Positions 24,484 to 37,096 of a stretch of DNA of 64,000 nt are shown one piece after another; within the stretch, counting starts at the first letter, position 1; each line of letters begins with the position of its first letter. This stretch comes from an uncultured Chloroflexia bacterium (lineage in GTDB: Bacteria; Chloroflexota; Anaerolineae; CG2-30-64-16): the NCBI GenBank assembly GCA_963774265.1, contig CAVZDU010000002.1:512001-576000 (forward strand). Direction: 5' to 3'. Below the pieces are notes generated by a model that worked only from the letters and a program-made list of their open reading frames with translations, searched no databases and had not been told where the DNA came from. A program made the position numbers and the translations under genes.

Positions 24484-25797
24484 TCATCCCTCGAGCAGCA
24501 GTGTCTCAGGATCCTCGATCAGTTCTTTCACACGCACCAGGAACTGGACCGCCTCCCGGCCGTCCACGATGCGGTGATCATAGCTGAGTGCGATGTACAT
24601 CATAGGGCGGATGACGACCTGCCCATCTGCAGCCACCGGCCGGTCCTCGATCTTGTGCAGGCCCAGGATGCCTACCTGGGGCGGGTTGAGGATCGGCGTG
24701 CTCAGCAAGGACCCGAAGACGCCGCCATTGGTGAGGGTAAAGGTGCCGCCGCGCAGGTCCTCGACTGAAAGCGTGCCTTCGCTGACCTTGCGAACGTAGT
24801 CCTTGATAGCCTGCTCGATCTCTGCAAAAGACATGCGGTCCGCGTCACGGAGAACAGGCACTACTAACCCCTCTTCGGCCCCGACCGCGATGCCGATATC
24901 GTAGTAGTGCTTGAGGACGATCTCGTCACCCTGGATCTCGGCGTTAAGGCGCGGGTAGCTCTTGAGCGCGCCGATGCTCGCCTTGACGAAGAAAGACATG
25001 AAGCCGAGGTTCACGCCGTGGCGTTCTTTGAAGGACTCCTTCCGCCGGCCGCGGATCGCGATCACGGCACCCATATCTATCTCGTTGAAGGTCGTTAGTA
25101 TGGCGGCGGTGTGCTGCGCCTCCAGAAGACGGCGAGCGACGGTCTGGCGGCGGCGCGACATGCGTACGCGCTCTTCGCGGCCACCTTGGGACGGCGAGGC
25201 GATGACGACCTGGGTTGAGGCCGGGGCTGCGGGCTGCGAGGCCGTCCGAGCCTGACCCAGCGGACCAGACACAGGGGGTGGCTGCGGGGCAGCAACTGTG
25301 GCTTGTCCAGGGGGGGTGTCGGTTGAGACTGCTTCCGGGGCCAGGGGACCAGGTTGTTCGAGGTAGTCTTCCACGTCCTGTTTCCTGACCCTGCCTTGCG
25401 GTCCACTGCCGTGCACCTGGGACAATTCCACGCCACGGTCCGCAGCGAGGCGCCGCGCGACGGGGGTGGCTTTCTCGTCACTTCCCCCATCAACCGGGAC
25501 CGCCACGGTTTCCGCCGCGGCCGGGGCCTTCGTTTCATCGCCGTGCCCGGCGGGCTCTCCGGATTCCTCGATCGTGCCCAGGACATCCCCGATGTGTACG
25601 TCGCTGCCGGCAGGTCGCTCGATGTGCGCTAAGACTCCGGCACGTTCGGCAGACACTTCCAGGTTCACCTTATCGGTCTCCAGGTTGACGAGCGGCTCGC
25701 CCGCCCGAACAGACTCGCCCTCCGTCTTCAGCCACTCGCCTACCGTTGCCTCCAACACTGATTCCCCCAATTCGGGCACGACGATCTTGATCAGCAT
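24484..25797 (-). CDS. sucB: 2-oxoglutarate dehydrogenase E2, dihydrolipoamide succinyltransferase
   Basis: Lipoyl ETDKV, E3-binding GSGPQGRV, catalytic SYDHRIVDG. Confidence 0.95.
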   Translation of the reverse strand: MLIKIVVPELGESVLEATVGEWLKTEGESVRAGEPLVNLETDKVNLEVSAERAGVLAHIERPAGSDVHIGDVLGTIEESGEPAGHGDETKAPAAAETVAVPVDGGSDEKATPVARRLAADRGVELSQVHGSGPQGRVRKQDVEDYLEQPGPLAPEAVSTDTPPGQATVAAPQPPPVSGPLGQARTASQPAAPASTQVVIASPSQGGREERVRMSRRRQTVARRLLEAQHTAAILTTFNEIDMGAVIAIRGRRKESFKERHGVNLGFMSFFVKASIGALKSYPRLNAEIQGDEIVLKHYYDIGIAVGAEEGLVVPVLRDADRMSFAEIEQAIKDYVRKVSEGTLSVEDLRGGTFTLTNGGVFGSLLSTPILNPPQVGILGLHKIEDRPVAADGQVVIRPMMYIALSYDHRIVDGREAVQFLVRVKELIEDPETLLLEG

Positions 25798-25810
25798 GGT
25801 CCCCTCCTCA

Positions 25811-28632
25811 TTACTCTCTCTTGAGCCAGGCCGAATCTTGTGGCGCGACATCTACCTTCGGGTCATAGACCTGTTGGACCAGTGCCGCCTGGTTGACGGC
25901 GTGCAGCGCGGATGAGCCCTCTGCCGGGCTCGAGCCCGGCGGGCGCCCAATGTAGCGGAGCGGGCAACGCCCGGCAACGAGCTCCTGCAGGTAAGGTCGC
26001 ACGTATGTCCATGCGCCCATGTTCTCAGGTTCTTCCTGAACCCAGATCACCTCTTCCAGGTGAGGATAGCCCTCGAGGACCTCACGCAAGGCGTCAATCG
26101 GGAAAAGGTAAAGCTGCTCGATCCGGGCAATCGCTACCTCAGGGCTCTCTTCCCGGCGCTGGCTGCTGATCAGGTCCACGTAGACCTTCCCGCTGCACAG
26201 GATCAGGCGACGCACGGTGTCGGGGCGCCGGCAAGCCACGTCGTCGTCGATCACCGGCTGCCACTGGCCCTCCGCGAGCTCGCGGAGCGACGACGCTGCG
26301 GCTCGGTGGCGCAGGAGGCTCTTGGGTGTCATCACCACCATAGGGAGAGGGTCGATCTCCAGGAGCGCTGCCTGTCGCCGAAGCAGATGGAAGTACTGGG
26401 CGGACGGTCGTCGGGAAGGCGATGCGCAGGTTGGTGTCGCCCGTCAATGCCAGGAAACGTTCGAGCCGCCCACCGGAATGATCGGGGCCCTGCCCTTCGT
26501 TGGCATGCGGGAGCAACAGAACGAGCGATGGGGTCTGTTCCCATTTGGCGCGACCGGACACGATGAATTCGTCCACCATCACCTGGGCGCCGTTGATGAA
26601 ATCGCCATACTGCGCTTCCCAGAGCACCAGGCGGCGGGGGGCGGCGACGTTGTAGCCATACTCGAAGCCCACCGCGGCGGCCTCCGACAGTGGGCTATTG
26701 TAGATGGCGAAGGCCGCGCGCGCCTGGGGGAGGGCCTGCAACGGTACGTAGGTGGTTCCCTTGTCAGCGTCGTGGTAGACCGCCAGACGTTGGCTGAAGC
26801 TCCCGCGCTCGACGTCCTGCCCCGTCAGCCGGATCGGAACGCCATCGGCCAGGATTGAGGCGAAGGCCAGTTCCTCGGCAGTGCCCCAATCAATCACGCG
26901 CTCGTTCTCGTCGTCCAGGGCCCGGCGCCGGCGCTGGAGGATGCGTTGAAGCCGGAGACCGAGGTTAAAGCCTTCGGGCAATCTCTCCAGGGAAGAGTTC
27001 ATCGCCCGCAACTGATCGGCGGGGACGGCAGTGCGAGCCCGACCTGCAACGCCGCGAGGCGGAGGCTGGAGCTGAGGCTCGATCAACACTTCCACGGGCA
27101 CCAACGCTTCCAGGACCTGCTGCAACTCATCGGTGCTCCGACTGACCAACTCCTCGGGCAGCGACGGAGGCACCAGGCTGCGGTCGACCAGGGTCTGGGC
27201 CCAGAGAGCACGGACCGACGGGTGCCCCGCGATCGTTGCGTACATCGCCGGCTGAGTGGAACTCGGATCGTCACCCTCGTTGTGCCCATGGCGTCGGTAC
27301 CCAATCAGGTCAATGAGGAAGTCCTTACGGAACTGCTGCCGATATGCGAAGGCCAGGCGCGTCGCCTCAAGGCACGCTTCAGGATCATCGGCGTTGACAT
27401 GAACGATAGGAATATCGAAGCCCTTGGCCAGGTCGCTGGCATACAGAGTACTGCGCTCCTGGGAAGGCGGGGTGGTGAAACCGAGCTGGTTGTTCGTGAT
27501 GAGATGGATCGTGCCGGAAGTGGTATACCCATGCGAGGCGAGATAAGTTGAGCGTCTCCGCAACCACACCCTGGCCCGAGAACGAAGCGTCGCCGTGAAG
27601 CAGGATCGGCAAGGATGCGCATTCGAGGAAGCGCGGCGCGCCGGGTTGGTCCATAGCAGTGGCAGCCGCCCTGGCCATCCCCTCCACGACGGGGTTCACC
27701 TGCTCCAGGTGGCTGGGGTTCGGGGGCATGGTCAGCACCAGGTTGACCGGCTCACCGCCCTTGACAGCACGCTGAGCTCCCTTGTGGTACTTGACATCGC
27801 CGGTCCAGCCGAGGTCGTCCCGAATGTCGAGATTTTGGCCACGCACCGGGTCCCTGAACTCAGCAAGAATCTCGGCATACGGCTTGTTGAGCAGATGCGC
27901 CAGGACATTCAGACGCCCGCGGTGGGCCATGCCGATGAAGATCTTGCAGATGTTGACGTCTGCCGACTCGCCGACCATGTCGTCGAGCATCGGCACCATC
28001 ATGTCCAGGCCCTCGACGGAAAAACGTGTCTTGCCAGGGAAAACACGATGCAGGAATTGTTCGAAGACCTCCACTCGGGTGAGACGTTCGAGCAGCGCCA
28101 CCGGATCGATGGGGCTCTGGGGAGGGCGGAACCGGCCCGACTCGGCCGCCTCGCGCAGCCATTCGCGCTCGTCGTAGAGATGGATATGGGCCCAATCGTA
28201 GCCGATGTGCGAAGAATAGACGGCGCGTAAGGCCCGGATCGCCTCCAGGGCGTTTGCAGCTCGCTGAGCGAGCGGCCCACCGACCAGCGCCGCCGGCAAT
28301 CCCCGCAGGTCATCTTCGGTCAAGTCATGGGCAGCGGGGTCCAGGGCAAGGTCGTCCGGAGGCGGACTCCCCAAGGGGTCGAGCCGGGCTGCAAAGTGGC
28401 CGTAGGAGCGGATGGCGCGAGCCAGGTTGATGGCCCCCGCAATCTTCTCTATCGGTAAACCTGGGGCGCTGACCGGCGCGCCAGCAGGGACTTCCGCCGC
28501 ACTAGGCGGCGTCCAGCGTTCGAAAAAAGCCCTTGTCGCGCTGTCTACAGAACCCGGGTCTCGCCGAAAACGGTCGTAGAGCTCGAGGACATAGCCAGCA
28601 TTCGGTCCGGGAAATTCGCTGTAAATATCCAT
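25811..28632 (-). CDS. sucA: 2-oxoglutarate dehydrogenase E1 (frameshifts ~27540, ~26400)
   Basis: [51 protein letters not shown]. Confidence 0.93.
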
Positions 28633-28683
28633 GACACCATCACAGGGAAATCAAGAAACACCTGCGGGCCCGCTCGCCACTCT

Positions 28684-30645
28684 TCAGAATAGCACCTGCC
28701 ACGCACGCAACAACTCTCCGACGCTCCACGCCTGGGCGAAGCAGCCACGCGGTTCAAAGGGTGGATCGCCGTCGAAGATCTCGCTGATGCTTCCCAGGCC
28801 ATTGTCCGCCAGATGCCGGACCAACGGCAGCAGGAAAGACCTGGCCAACTCGGGCTGCCGGTAGACGCGCAGATGGGCGCTGACAAACGGCCCGATCAGC
28901 CAGCTCCAGACTGTGCCCTGGTGATAGGCGGCATCGCGCTCGCGTTGATCGCCACCGTAATGGCCGATAAAGGCCGGATCCTCGCGCGCCAGGCTGCCAG
29001 CCCGTGGGACGTAAGCAACTGGCGGGCGCAGGCATCCACCACCTTCCGTTGTTGCTCTTCGTTCAATGGGCTGTGGGGCAACGCTACTGCCAACAACTGG
29101 TTGGGGCGCAGCGAAGCGTCAGCCCCGCCCGGCCCATCAATGACGTCATAGCAGGTGTCAGCCGCCTGATTCCAGAAGCGGGCGAAAGCGTGCCGCGCCC
29201 GGTTGGCCAGCTCCATGTATGGCTCCGGCGGTCGGCCAAGCCTGGCGGCAAAGACGGCCATCGTCCGCATGGCGTTGTACCAGAGAGCATTGATCTCCAC
29301 CGGTTTGCCGATCCGAGGCGTGACCACCCAGTCCCCCACTTTGGCATCCATCCAGGTCAACTGCACGCCGTTCTACGCCGGCGTATAGCAGCCCGTCCTC
29401 GGGATCCACGTGGATGTGATACCGTGTGCCGCGTTGGTGCCAGGCAACGATTTCCTCCAACACCGGGAACAACTCACGCAGCAAGCCGTCGTCGCCGGTG
29501 GCCGCATGGTAGGCGCGGATGGCCTCGAAGTACCAGAGCGTGGCATCGACCGTGTTGTATTCCGGCTGTTCGCCATGGTCGGGGAAGCGATTGGGCAGCA
29601 TGCCCTGGTCCACGAAGCGTGCGTAGGTGCGAACGATACGCGCTGCGATCTCCGGCCGGCCGGTAACCAGCGTCAGGCCCGGGCAAGCTGATCATCGTGT
29701 CACGGCCCCAATCAGCGAACCAGGGATAACCGGCGATGACACTCTGGCCCTCCGGCTCGCCGGCCAGCGGCCGGTGCACGATGAACTGATCGGCTGCCAG
29801 GACCAGCTGCCGATGCCAGGCCGGCGACGCGGTCGTGCGGCTGCGCACAATGAGCTGCTGCTCGTAGGCCTGTCGTTCTGCATAGGCGGCCGCGCCGTCC
29901 AGGTTCGAGCTCTGGTTCGGTGCTGATCACCAGTGTGACCGAGTCGCCTGGCTCCAACGTTGCGCTGAAACCGCCGGCACATAGGTTATCGTCCAACGGA
30001 TCCAGCCCTCGGTAGGCTTCGACGCTCAGGAAGATAGTTCCGGTACCATTCAGGCTGGGGCGTAATCTGGGCCCGGTCAGCCAACACATAGAATGGCGTT
30101 GCACCCGGAGAAGCAATGATCTGCAGACCCCGGGAAACCGGTCTGACGTCCATGCGCCAGTCGCCCGCGTGGGTGTTGCCATGATGGTCCCGGTAGTTGA
30201 CGATCGCTTTAGCCCGCAAGGCCAGCGCGGCGCTGGCCCGACGCAAAGTGTACTGCACGTAGGTGGTATTCGCGCCGGGCTGCATCCAGACCTGCTTTTC
30301 GAGCAAGGCATCGGCACAGGCAAAAGTCCAGACCGGCGTCGTGCCTTCCAGATGAAAGCGCTCGAGATAGTGGAAGCCCGTCGGTTCAACCACGCCGCCT
30401 TGCCAGCGATTGGCATACAAGGCGGTGTCGCTGCCACCATAACTAGCAGTCTCGTCGAGCCTGGTCACGAGCAGGGTGCGTCCCACCGGCGGCTGGAGCG
30501 CGGCGATCAGCAGACCGTGGTACCGACGAGTCAGCACCCCGGCAATCGTGCCTGAAGCATAGCCACCGATGCCGTTGGTGACCAGCCATTCTCGCCTGGC
30601 GGCCGCTGCCAGATCACCGCAAACGTCACGTCCGAAATCAAGCAC
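28684..30645 (-). CDS. Amylo-alpha-1,6-glucosidase / glycogen debranching enzyme with GDE N-terminal domain (frameshifted)
   Basis: [52 protein letters not shown]. Confidence 0.9.
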
Positions 30646-30657
30646 TGTCTGTTCCCT

Positions 30658-33414
30658 TCAGGGTTTGGATTCCCGGGTTGTCCGCTCCTCCCCTTGGTGC
30701 TGGATCAACTTGGCGACCAGCGCGGTCCACCCGGTCTGATGACTGGCACCGATGCCCGCTCCGTTATCACCGTGGAAGTATTCATAAAACAGGATGTAGT
30801 CGCGCCAATATGGATCGCGTTGGAAAGTGTCCTGCCCGCCAAAGACCGGCCGCTGCCCGTTCTTGTCCCGTAGGAAGATGCGGATGAGCCGGCTTGAAAG
30901 TTCATCGGCAATCTGCCCCAGCGTCAGGAGCTGCCCCGAGCCTGTTGGGCACTCGACCTTGAATTCGTCGCCATAGTAGTGATGGAACTGCTGCAGAGAC
31001 TCGATGATCAGGTAGTTGACCGGAAACCAGACCGGGCCGCGCCAGTTGGAGTTGCCACCAAACAACTCTCCTTGCGATTCGGCCGGCCAATACCGGACCA
31101 CATGGCGAACTCCACCCATTTCGAAAACATAAGGATGCTGGGCATAGACGCTAGAGAGCGCCCGCACACCATGGGGCGACAGAAACTCGCTGTCGTCCAG
31201 CATGCGGCGCAGCACGCCCTTCATACGGTGCCCACGCAGGATCGCCAGCAACCGTCGCTCGCCAACCCCCGGCTCATCCCAGCGCGAGACCAGTTTGGCC
31301 AGGTGTGGGCGGTGCTCGAGGAACCATTCCATGTGCCTCTTGAAGTCAGGTAGGGCATCCAGCACCGTCGGCTCGATGGTCATTACCGCGAAGAGTGGGA
31401 TCAATCCCACCATCGAGCGCAGCGTGATTTGCTGGCTGACCCCCTGTCCGCAATGTAACACATCATAGAAGAAGTCATCGTGATCGTCCCAAAGGGCGAT
31501 GCCCTCGCCGGCAACATGGTTCATGGCTGCCGCGATATACAGAAAGTGCTCGAAGAACTTGGTGGCCATATCCTCATAGGTGCGGTCGTGGACGGCCAGC
31601 TCCAGGGCGATGGTCAGCATGTTCAGGCAGAACATGCCCATCCAGGCCGTTCCATCGCTCTGTTCCAGGTGACCGCCGTCAGGAAGCGGCGCACCACGAT
31701 CGAACACCCCGATGTTGTCGAGTCCCAGGAAACCACCCTGGAAGATGTTCCGCCCTTCGAAGTCCTTGCGGTTGACCCACCACATGAAGTTCATCAGGAG
31801 CTTGTGGAACATCCGCTCCAGGAACTGGAGGTCGCGCACCCCGTGGCGCTTCTGCTGGATCTCGTAAACGCGCCAGGCAGCCCAGGCCTGAACCGGCGGG
31901 TTGACGTCTCCAAAGCTCCACTCGTACGCGGGCATCTGACCATTCGGATGCTGATACCACTCGCGGCCCATGAGCATGAGCTGGCTCTTGGCATATTCGG
32001 GATCGATGCTGGCCAGGGCGACGCAGTGGAAGGCAAGATCCCAGGCTGCGAGCCAGGGGAACTCCCACTTATCGGGCACGGAGATGATATCCGCCGAGTT
32101 GAAATGGACCCACTCATGATTGCGCCCGAGATCGCGCCCGAGAGGCGGCGCCGGCTGACCCGGATCGCCCCGCAGCCATTGGTCCACGTTATAGTGGTAG
32201 AATTGCTTGGACCACAACAGTCCGGCGAATGCTTGCCGTTGCACCCTGCGCTCATCTTCATTCAAAGCGGGCGGCTGGAGTGCGGCGTAATATTCGTCCG
32301 CCTCTCGCCGGCGACAGGCAAAGATCGAATCATAGTCGGCGAATGGATCGCGCAGCGAGACTTGAGGCGTCAGCACAGTCGATGTCTGAGCGCCGGTTGG
32401 ATGCCCGCTGTTCGCAGTTGATATGAGCCGCAGGCGAATGATGGCCGTCGCCCCGGCATCCTGAACGCACTCGTATTGGGCGGCGGCCTTTGTTCCCGCA
32501 CCTTCCGGATTCACCGACGCGCTATCCCCGCCAATTATATAGGCATGGAAGGCGTCCTTGACGTAAGGTGTTTCATTGCGCACGCCATCGAGACGCTGGA
32601 AATTGGTTTCGTTATCCGTGAAGAGGAGCTCACGCGCGCCCTGGCAAAAGAGGCGGTAATCGCCCAGAGAGGGATGGCTCGCTCGAACGACCAGGCATCC
32701 GGAACCGGCTTTTTCAGGCGTCCTCCCCACCTCGCCGGGTATCCCCTGATGCAGATCGGGGCGGACGCCCGTGCGGTCCCAAGACCAGGTGTTGCGAAAC
32801 CAGAGGGTGGGCAGCAGGTGCAAGGTTGCCTCCGCCGGCCCCCGATTGACGGCACTGATGCGGATGAGAATATCCTCCGGCGCAGCCTTGGCATATTCCA
32901 CGAAGACGTCGAAGTAGCGGTTCTCGGCAAACACGCCCGTGTCGAGCAGTTCGAACTCGGGCTCCTGCTTCGATCGGCGGTCGTTCTCGGTGACAAGCTG
33001 GCTGTAAGGATACGCCGCTTGTGGGTATTTGTAGAGGACCTGCATGTAGCTGTGGGTCGGCGTGTTGTCGAGATAAAAGTAGTATTCCTTGAGGTCCTCC
33101 CCGTGGTTGCCTTGCGCGTTGGTGAGACCGAACAGGCGTTCCTTGAGGATGGGGTCCTGGCCATTCCACAGGGCCAGGGCGAAGCAGAGCTGCTGCTGGC
33201 TGTCGGAGATCCCGGCCAGTCCGTCCTCGTTCCAACGGTAGGCCCGTGAGCGCGCGTGGTCGTGCGGAAGATACTCCCAGGCGGCGCCGTCGGCGCTGTA
33301 GTCTTCACGCACCGTGCCCCAGGCGCGCTCGCTCAGATAGGGCCCCCATTTCTTCCAATCAGCCCGGGCCGCCTGATGCTCGGCCAGGCGCTGTTCTTCG
33401 GCTATGTCGGCCAT
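30658..33414 (-). CDS. GH63 / MGH1-like glucosidase
   Basis: Intact 918-aa ORF: [46 protein letters not shown]. Confidence 0.9.
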   Translation of the reverse strand: MADIAEEQRLAEHQAARADWKKWGPYLSERAWGTVREDYSADGAAWEYLPHDHARSRAYRWNEDGLAGISDSQQQLCFALALWNGQDPILKERLFGLTNAQGNHGEDLKEYYFYLDNTPTHSYMQVLYKYPQAAYPYSQLVTENDRRSKQEPEFELLDTGVFAENRYFDVFVEYAKAAPEDILIRISAVNRGPAEATLHLLPTLWFRNTWSWDRTGVRPDLHQGIPGEVGRTPEKAGSGCLVVRASHPSLGDYRLFCQGARELLFTDNETNFQRLDGVRNETPYVKDAFHAYIIGGDSASVNPEGAGTKAAAQYECVQDAGATAIIRLRLISTANSGHPTGAQTSTVLTPQVSLRDPFADYDSIFACRRREADEYYAALQPPALNEDERRVQRQAFAGLLWSKQFYHYNVDQWLRGDPGQPAPPLGRDLGRNHEWVHFNSADIISVPDKWEFPWLAAWDLAFHCVALASIDPEYAKSQLMLMGREWYQHPNGQMPAYEWSFGDVNPPVQAWAAWRVYEIQQKRHGVRDLQFLERMFHKLLMNFMWWVNRKDFEGRNIFQGGFLGLDNIGVFDRGAPLPDGGHLEQSDGTAWMGMFCLNMLTIALELAVHDRTYEDMATKFFEHFLYIAAAMNHVAGEGIALWDDHDDFFYDVLHCGQGVSQQITLRSMVGLIPLFAVMTIEPTVLDALPDFKRHMEWFLEHRPHLAKLVSRWDEPGVGERRLLAILRGHRMKGVLRRMLDDSEFLSPHGVRALSSVYAQHPYVFEMGGVRHVVRYWPAESQGELFGGNSNWRGPVWFPVNYLIIESLQQFHHYYGDEFKVECPTGSGQLLTLGQIADELSSRLIRIFLRDKNGQRPVFGGQDTFQRDPYWRDYILFYEYFHGDNGAGIGASHQTGWTALVAKLIQHQGEERTTRESKP

Positions 33415-33735
33415 TTTCGGGTCTCACCATGACGAATCCGGCCGATTGCTCGGCCCGTGTCGTCGGTATCTGAGTGATCCTGGTCTCCTCCGAGGATTGC
33501 CGGCCGGAGACCCGGTAGACGACCCCCAGTCGATAATACAACCATACACCCCGTTCCTGCACGGTTCAGGAACCTGACTCGCCGTGCCAGGCGGTCAAGA
33601 CACCGCCTGTAGATCTACCCGTCCGAACTCAGGTCCGGACCTCAGTTTTGCCGTTTGCGCTTTCCTTCTGCTGAGAGTAGGATATACCACAAATTCGCTC
33701 GTTAAGCACGGTGACGCCGCCACAAGGAGAAACAG

Positions 33736-34203
33736 ATGACCTTCTCTCCCACCGGTCCTGGGTTCTTCGGCACGACGGCCACCTTCCGCTCCGATGCCAC
33801 GCTTGTCTTGATGCTCTTCACAGCCATTTTGTTCACCATCGGGTGGCGCCTCGCCGCTAACAAGCGCTACGAAGCGCATCGTTGGGTGCAGACTGTCGCA
33901 GTGGCTCTGAACACCCTCGGCATCCTGGTCACGATGATCGGCTCGTTCCTGTCCAGCATTCTTCCCGGCATCCCGAACAAGCTGCTTGAAGGCTCCTACG
34001 GCATCACGACGGTGCATGCGCTCGTGGGGCTGACCGCCATGCTTCTGGGCGTGTTCGTTGTCTTGCGAGCAAACAACCTCGTGCCAAACAGCCTGCGCTT
34101 CAAGGATTACACGCGAGTCATGCGGATCTCCTACGCGCTTTACATGTTGGCGACGCTCGGCGGAATCGTCGTCTACGTCGTCGTGTTCGTTTTTCACATC
34201 TAG
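33736..34203 (+). CDS. DUF420-like 4-TM membrane protein
   Basis: 4 helices, with His in YEAHRWVQ and TVHALVG. Confidence 0.6.
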   Translation: MTFSPTGPGFFGTTATFRSDATLVLMLFTAILFTIGWRLAANKRYEAHRWVQTVAVALNTLGILVTMIGSFLSSILPGIPNKLLEGSYGITTVHALVGLTAMLLGVFVVLRANNLVPNSLRFKDYTRVMRISYALYMLATLGGIVVYVVVFVFHI

Positions 34204-34212
34204 GGATTCCCC

Positions 34213-35763
34213 ATGTTGCTACAAATCATCTTCGCAGGTTGTTCGTTGGTGTTGACCTTCCTCTTCTTCCTCTATGGCTTCAATCACTACTACTTGCTCG
34301 CAGCCGCGCGTAGATACAAGTCACCTGTCCTGACCGGCACCGCCGGTCGCAGGCCATCGGTTTCAATCCACTTGCCCGTCTACAACGAGAAGTACGTCAT
34401 TCGCCGGCTGGTGGCCGCGTGCGCACGCATGGCCGAGGCGTACGGTCGTGCCGAAGTGAACATCCTGATCATCGACGACTCGGACGATGACACGGTGGCG
34501 GAGATCGATGATGTGACGGCCGAATACCTGGCCAAGGGTTTCCGCATCGGGGTTCTGCGCCGCGAAAGCAGGCAAGGATTCAAGGCGGGCGGCCTGCAGA
34601 GGGCGCTCGAACAAACGGAGGACGAGTTCGTCGTCGTCTTCGATGCCGACTTCATCCCCTCAGCAGACTTCCTCATGTGCACCCTGCCATATTTTGTCCA
34701 GGATGAGCGGCTAGGCATCATCCAGACCCGCTGGGCCCATCTCAACCGGGATTACAACTTCCTGACCAGGTCGATCGCGGTTGGCATCGACGTCCACTTT
34801 TTTATCGAACAGGCCGGCCGGTTTGCTGCCGGGTGCTTCCAGAATTTCAACGGCAGCGGCGGCGTGCTCAGAACAAAGGCGTTGGTGGAGGCGGGCGGCT
34901 GGCAAGCAGACACACTGGCCGAGGACCTGGATGTGAGCTACCGGATTCAGCTAAAGGGGTATCAGTTTTTGTATCTGCGCGACCTGCCCAGTCCTGGCGA
35001 GATCCCACCCACGGTCCCGAGCTTCAAAAAACAGCAGGGCCGCTGGGCATGCGGCTCCCTGCGGACGGCGCGCAAGATCCTGCCGGCGCTCCTGGCAGAC
35101 CGCAGCCTCGGCTTCAAGAAGCGCCTGGAGGCGTTCATCCATCTCACTGGCTACCTGGTTCACCCCTTGATGTTCGGCTCCTTCGTGCTGGCTTGTTTGG
35201 GGACCCTGTTCCACATCTACACTTTTCGCATCGCACTCTCCGTCTCGCCCCTGTCGCCCGGTGTCAACGCGGAGACGACGCGAGCCACCGCCGCTCTCTT
35301 GTTCCAGAACCTGCCCTGGGTGTTGCTGGGCCTGATGATCGTTCTGTGCACGATTGCGGTCTGGATCACGCCAGTGGCAGCGCTGAGAACACAAGGCTTC
35401 TCGGCGTCACAAAACGCAGCGAACCTCGTGGTCCTGTTTTTGCTCGGCTGCGGCATAAGCCTGAACAACACGATCGAAGCCGGCAAGGCCCTGCTCACGA
35501 ACCGCGACTGGGCATTCCGGCGCACTCCGAAATACGCCATCCGCCACAGCCAGGAAGGGTGGCGCGAAAAGCGCTACCAGGTGCCGTTGGACTCTGTGTG
35601 CTTCCTCGAGTTGGCCTGTGTGGGCCTGGGAGCCTTCGCGATCGGCGATGCTGTCAGCGACGCCAACTACGGCGTACTGGTGATCCTGGTCCCCTATGTC
35701 GCCGCCTACCTCTTCGTCGCGCTGCTCACCATCCGTCAGAGTCGACGCGGCCAGGGCGCGTGA
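34213..35763 (+). CDS. Processive GT2 glycosyltransferase (cellulose synthase-like)
   Basis: DDS, KAG, FDAD, TLAEDLD, QQGRW, FRRTPKY; C-terminal TM helices. Confidence 0.92.
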   Translation: MLLQIIFAGCSLVLTFLFFLYGFNHYYLLAAARRYKSPVLTGTAGRRPSVSIHLPVYNEKYVIRRLVAACARMAEAYGRAEVNILIIDDSDDDTVAEIDDVTAEYLAKGFRIGVLRRESRQGFKAGGLQRALEQTEDEFVVVFDADFIPSADFLMCTLPYFVQDERLGIIQTRWAHLNRDYNFLTRSIAVGIDVHFFIEQAGRFAAGCFQNFNGSGGVLRTKALVEAGGWQADTLAEDLDVSYRIQLKGYQFLYLRDLPSPGEIPPTVPSFKKQQGRWACGSLRTARKILPALLADRSLGFKKRLEAFIHLTGYLVHPLMFGSFVLACLGTLFHIYTFRIALSVSPLSPGVNAETTRATAALLFQNLPWVLLGLMIVLCTIAVWITPVAALRTQGFSASQNAANLVVLFLLGCGISLNNTIEAGKALLTNRDWAFRRTPKYAIRHSQEGWREKRYQVPLDSVCFLELACVGLGAFAIGDAVSDANYGVLVILVPYVAAYLFVALLTIRQSRRGQGA

Positions 35764-35764
35764 T

Positions 35765-37063
35765 ATGGCGCGCCCGCTGAACCCTCCCGGGGGCGCCAGC
35801 GTCCGGGCTCTTACGAGGCAGAACCGGGCGATCCTGCTCCTGAGCATCGCACTCCAGCTTGTCCTGGGGCTGCTCTTCGGGCACAACTACGACATGCGAA
35901 TCTTCATGGCCACAGGCTATCTCGTCGACACCGGCCAGAACCCGTACGTCGCCCAGGACCTTACGGCCGTGTTTCACAACAGCTCTTTCCAGGGGATGAC
36001 CTCGGTAGGCTATCCGCCGCCCTGGCCTCTCGTGCTGGGGTTCCTCTACCGTCTCGTCTACGCCAACATCCCCCAACTTCTCGTCTACAATCTCGCGATC
36101 AAGCTCCCCGTGATCGCAGCCAACATCTGCCTGGCCTACCTGGTGTACCTGATCCTGAATCACATGGGCGCGTCCGCGGCCGTGTCTCGCCGGGCCTGGG
36201 TCTTCCTGCTACTCAATCCCTTTCTTCTGTTCTTCGCCAGCGCCTGGGGGCAGTTCGATTCGATCGTGGCTCTGCTGTCGCTGCTGAGCTTGATCCTTCT
36301 CCATGCAGGCAGGCCGGGCCGCTCCGCCGTCTTGCTCGCCCTGGCGATTTCCTTCAAGCCGACCGCGCTCCCCCTGGTCTTGGTAGCCCTCGTGGTCCTG
36401 CTGGGCCGGCCAGTCGGACCGCTGTTACGCTATTTGGCAGTGTTCCTCGCTGGCATGCTCGTGTTTTGCGTCGCTCCTTTCGTGATCTTCGGCTGGGATC
36501 CCACCCCGATCCTTACGCATTGGAATGCGCATTTCACCGTGGCCGGAGCCATGTCCTTCATGACCTTCTTCGAGCTTCTGCGCAACTCCTACCAATTGCC
36601 CGGGAATTGGTGGCTGCTGGGTCTGGCCTGGATTCCGGCCCTGGCGATCGGCGCCTTGGCACTCAGGCCCGGGTCAGCCGGGTTTGCGAACCTTCTCAAG
36701 AAGAGTCTCGCGCTGATCCTGGTGTTCTTTCTCACCCGGACCTGGTTGTCCGAGCCGAACGTCATCCTGATCCTGCCCTTGGTGCTGATCCTGACCTCGA
36801 TCGGCGAGCTGGACCGGCGTGCCCTCGCCGCCGTCTGGATCTTGCCCCTGCTGTTCACGATTCTCAATGCCTCGCCGCCCCAGCTGCTCTTTCCCAGTTT
36901 CCCCGAGGCCATGGTAAGAGTGCTGGCGGTTGGCGAGGAGTTTCGCACTGCCAGGCTGATCGCCAGGATCGTCTTGGTGATCCTATGGCAAGTGGCAGGG
37001 TGGTGGATTGTCATCACCTGCTTCAAGAGAGATCGGGCTGCATCGAGCGGGGTGCGGGCTTGA
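35765..37063 (+). CDS. GT-C-fold polytopic glycosyltransferase (GT87/PIG-M-like)
   Basis: YD after TM1, YPPPW, LLNP, WGQFDS, SFKP; more than 10 TM segments. Confidence 0.72.
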   Translation: MARPLNPPGGASVRALTRQNRAILLLSIALQLVLGLLFGHNYDMRIFMATGYLVDTGQNPYVAQDLTAVFHNSSFQGMTSVGYPPPWPLVLGFLYRLVYANIPQLLVYNLAIKLPVIAANICLAYLVYLILNHMGASAAVSRRAWVFLLLNPFLLFFASAWGQFDSIVALLSLLSLILLHAGRPGRSAVLLALAISFKPTALPLVLVALVVLLGRPVGPLLRYLAVFLAGMLVFCVAPFVIFGWDPTPILTHWNAHFTVAGAMSFMTFFELLRNSYQLPGNWWLLGLAWIPALAIGALALRPGSAGFANLLKKSLALILVFFLTRTWLSEPNVILILPLVLILTSIGELDRRALAAVWILPLLFTILNASPPQLLFPSFPEAMVRVLAVGEEFRTARLIARIVLVILWQVAGWWIVITCFKRDRAASSGVRA

Positions 37064-37096
37064 TCGAGATTCGCGCGAGCGAGGGAAGTTGCTCTC

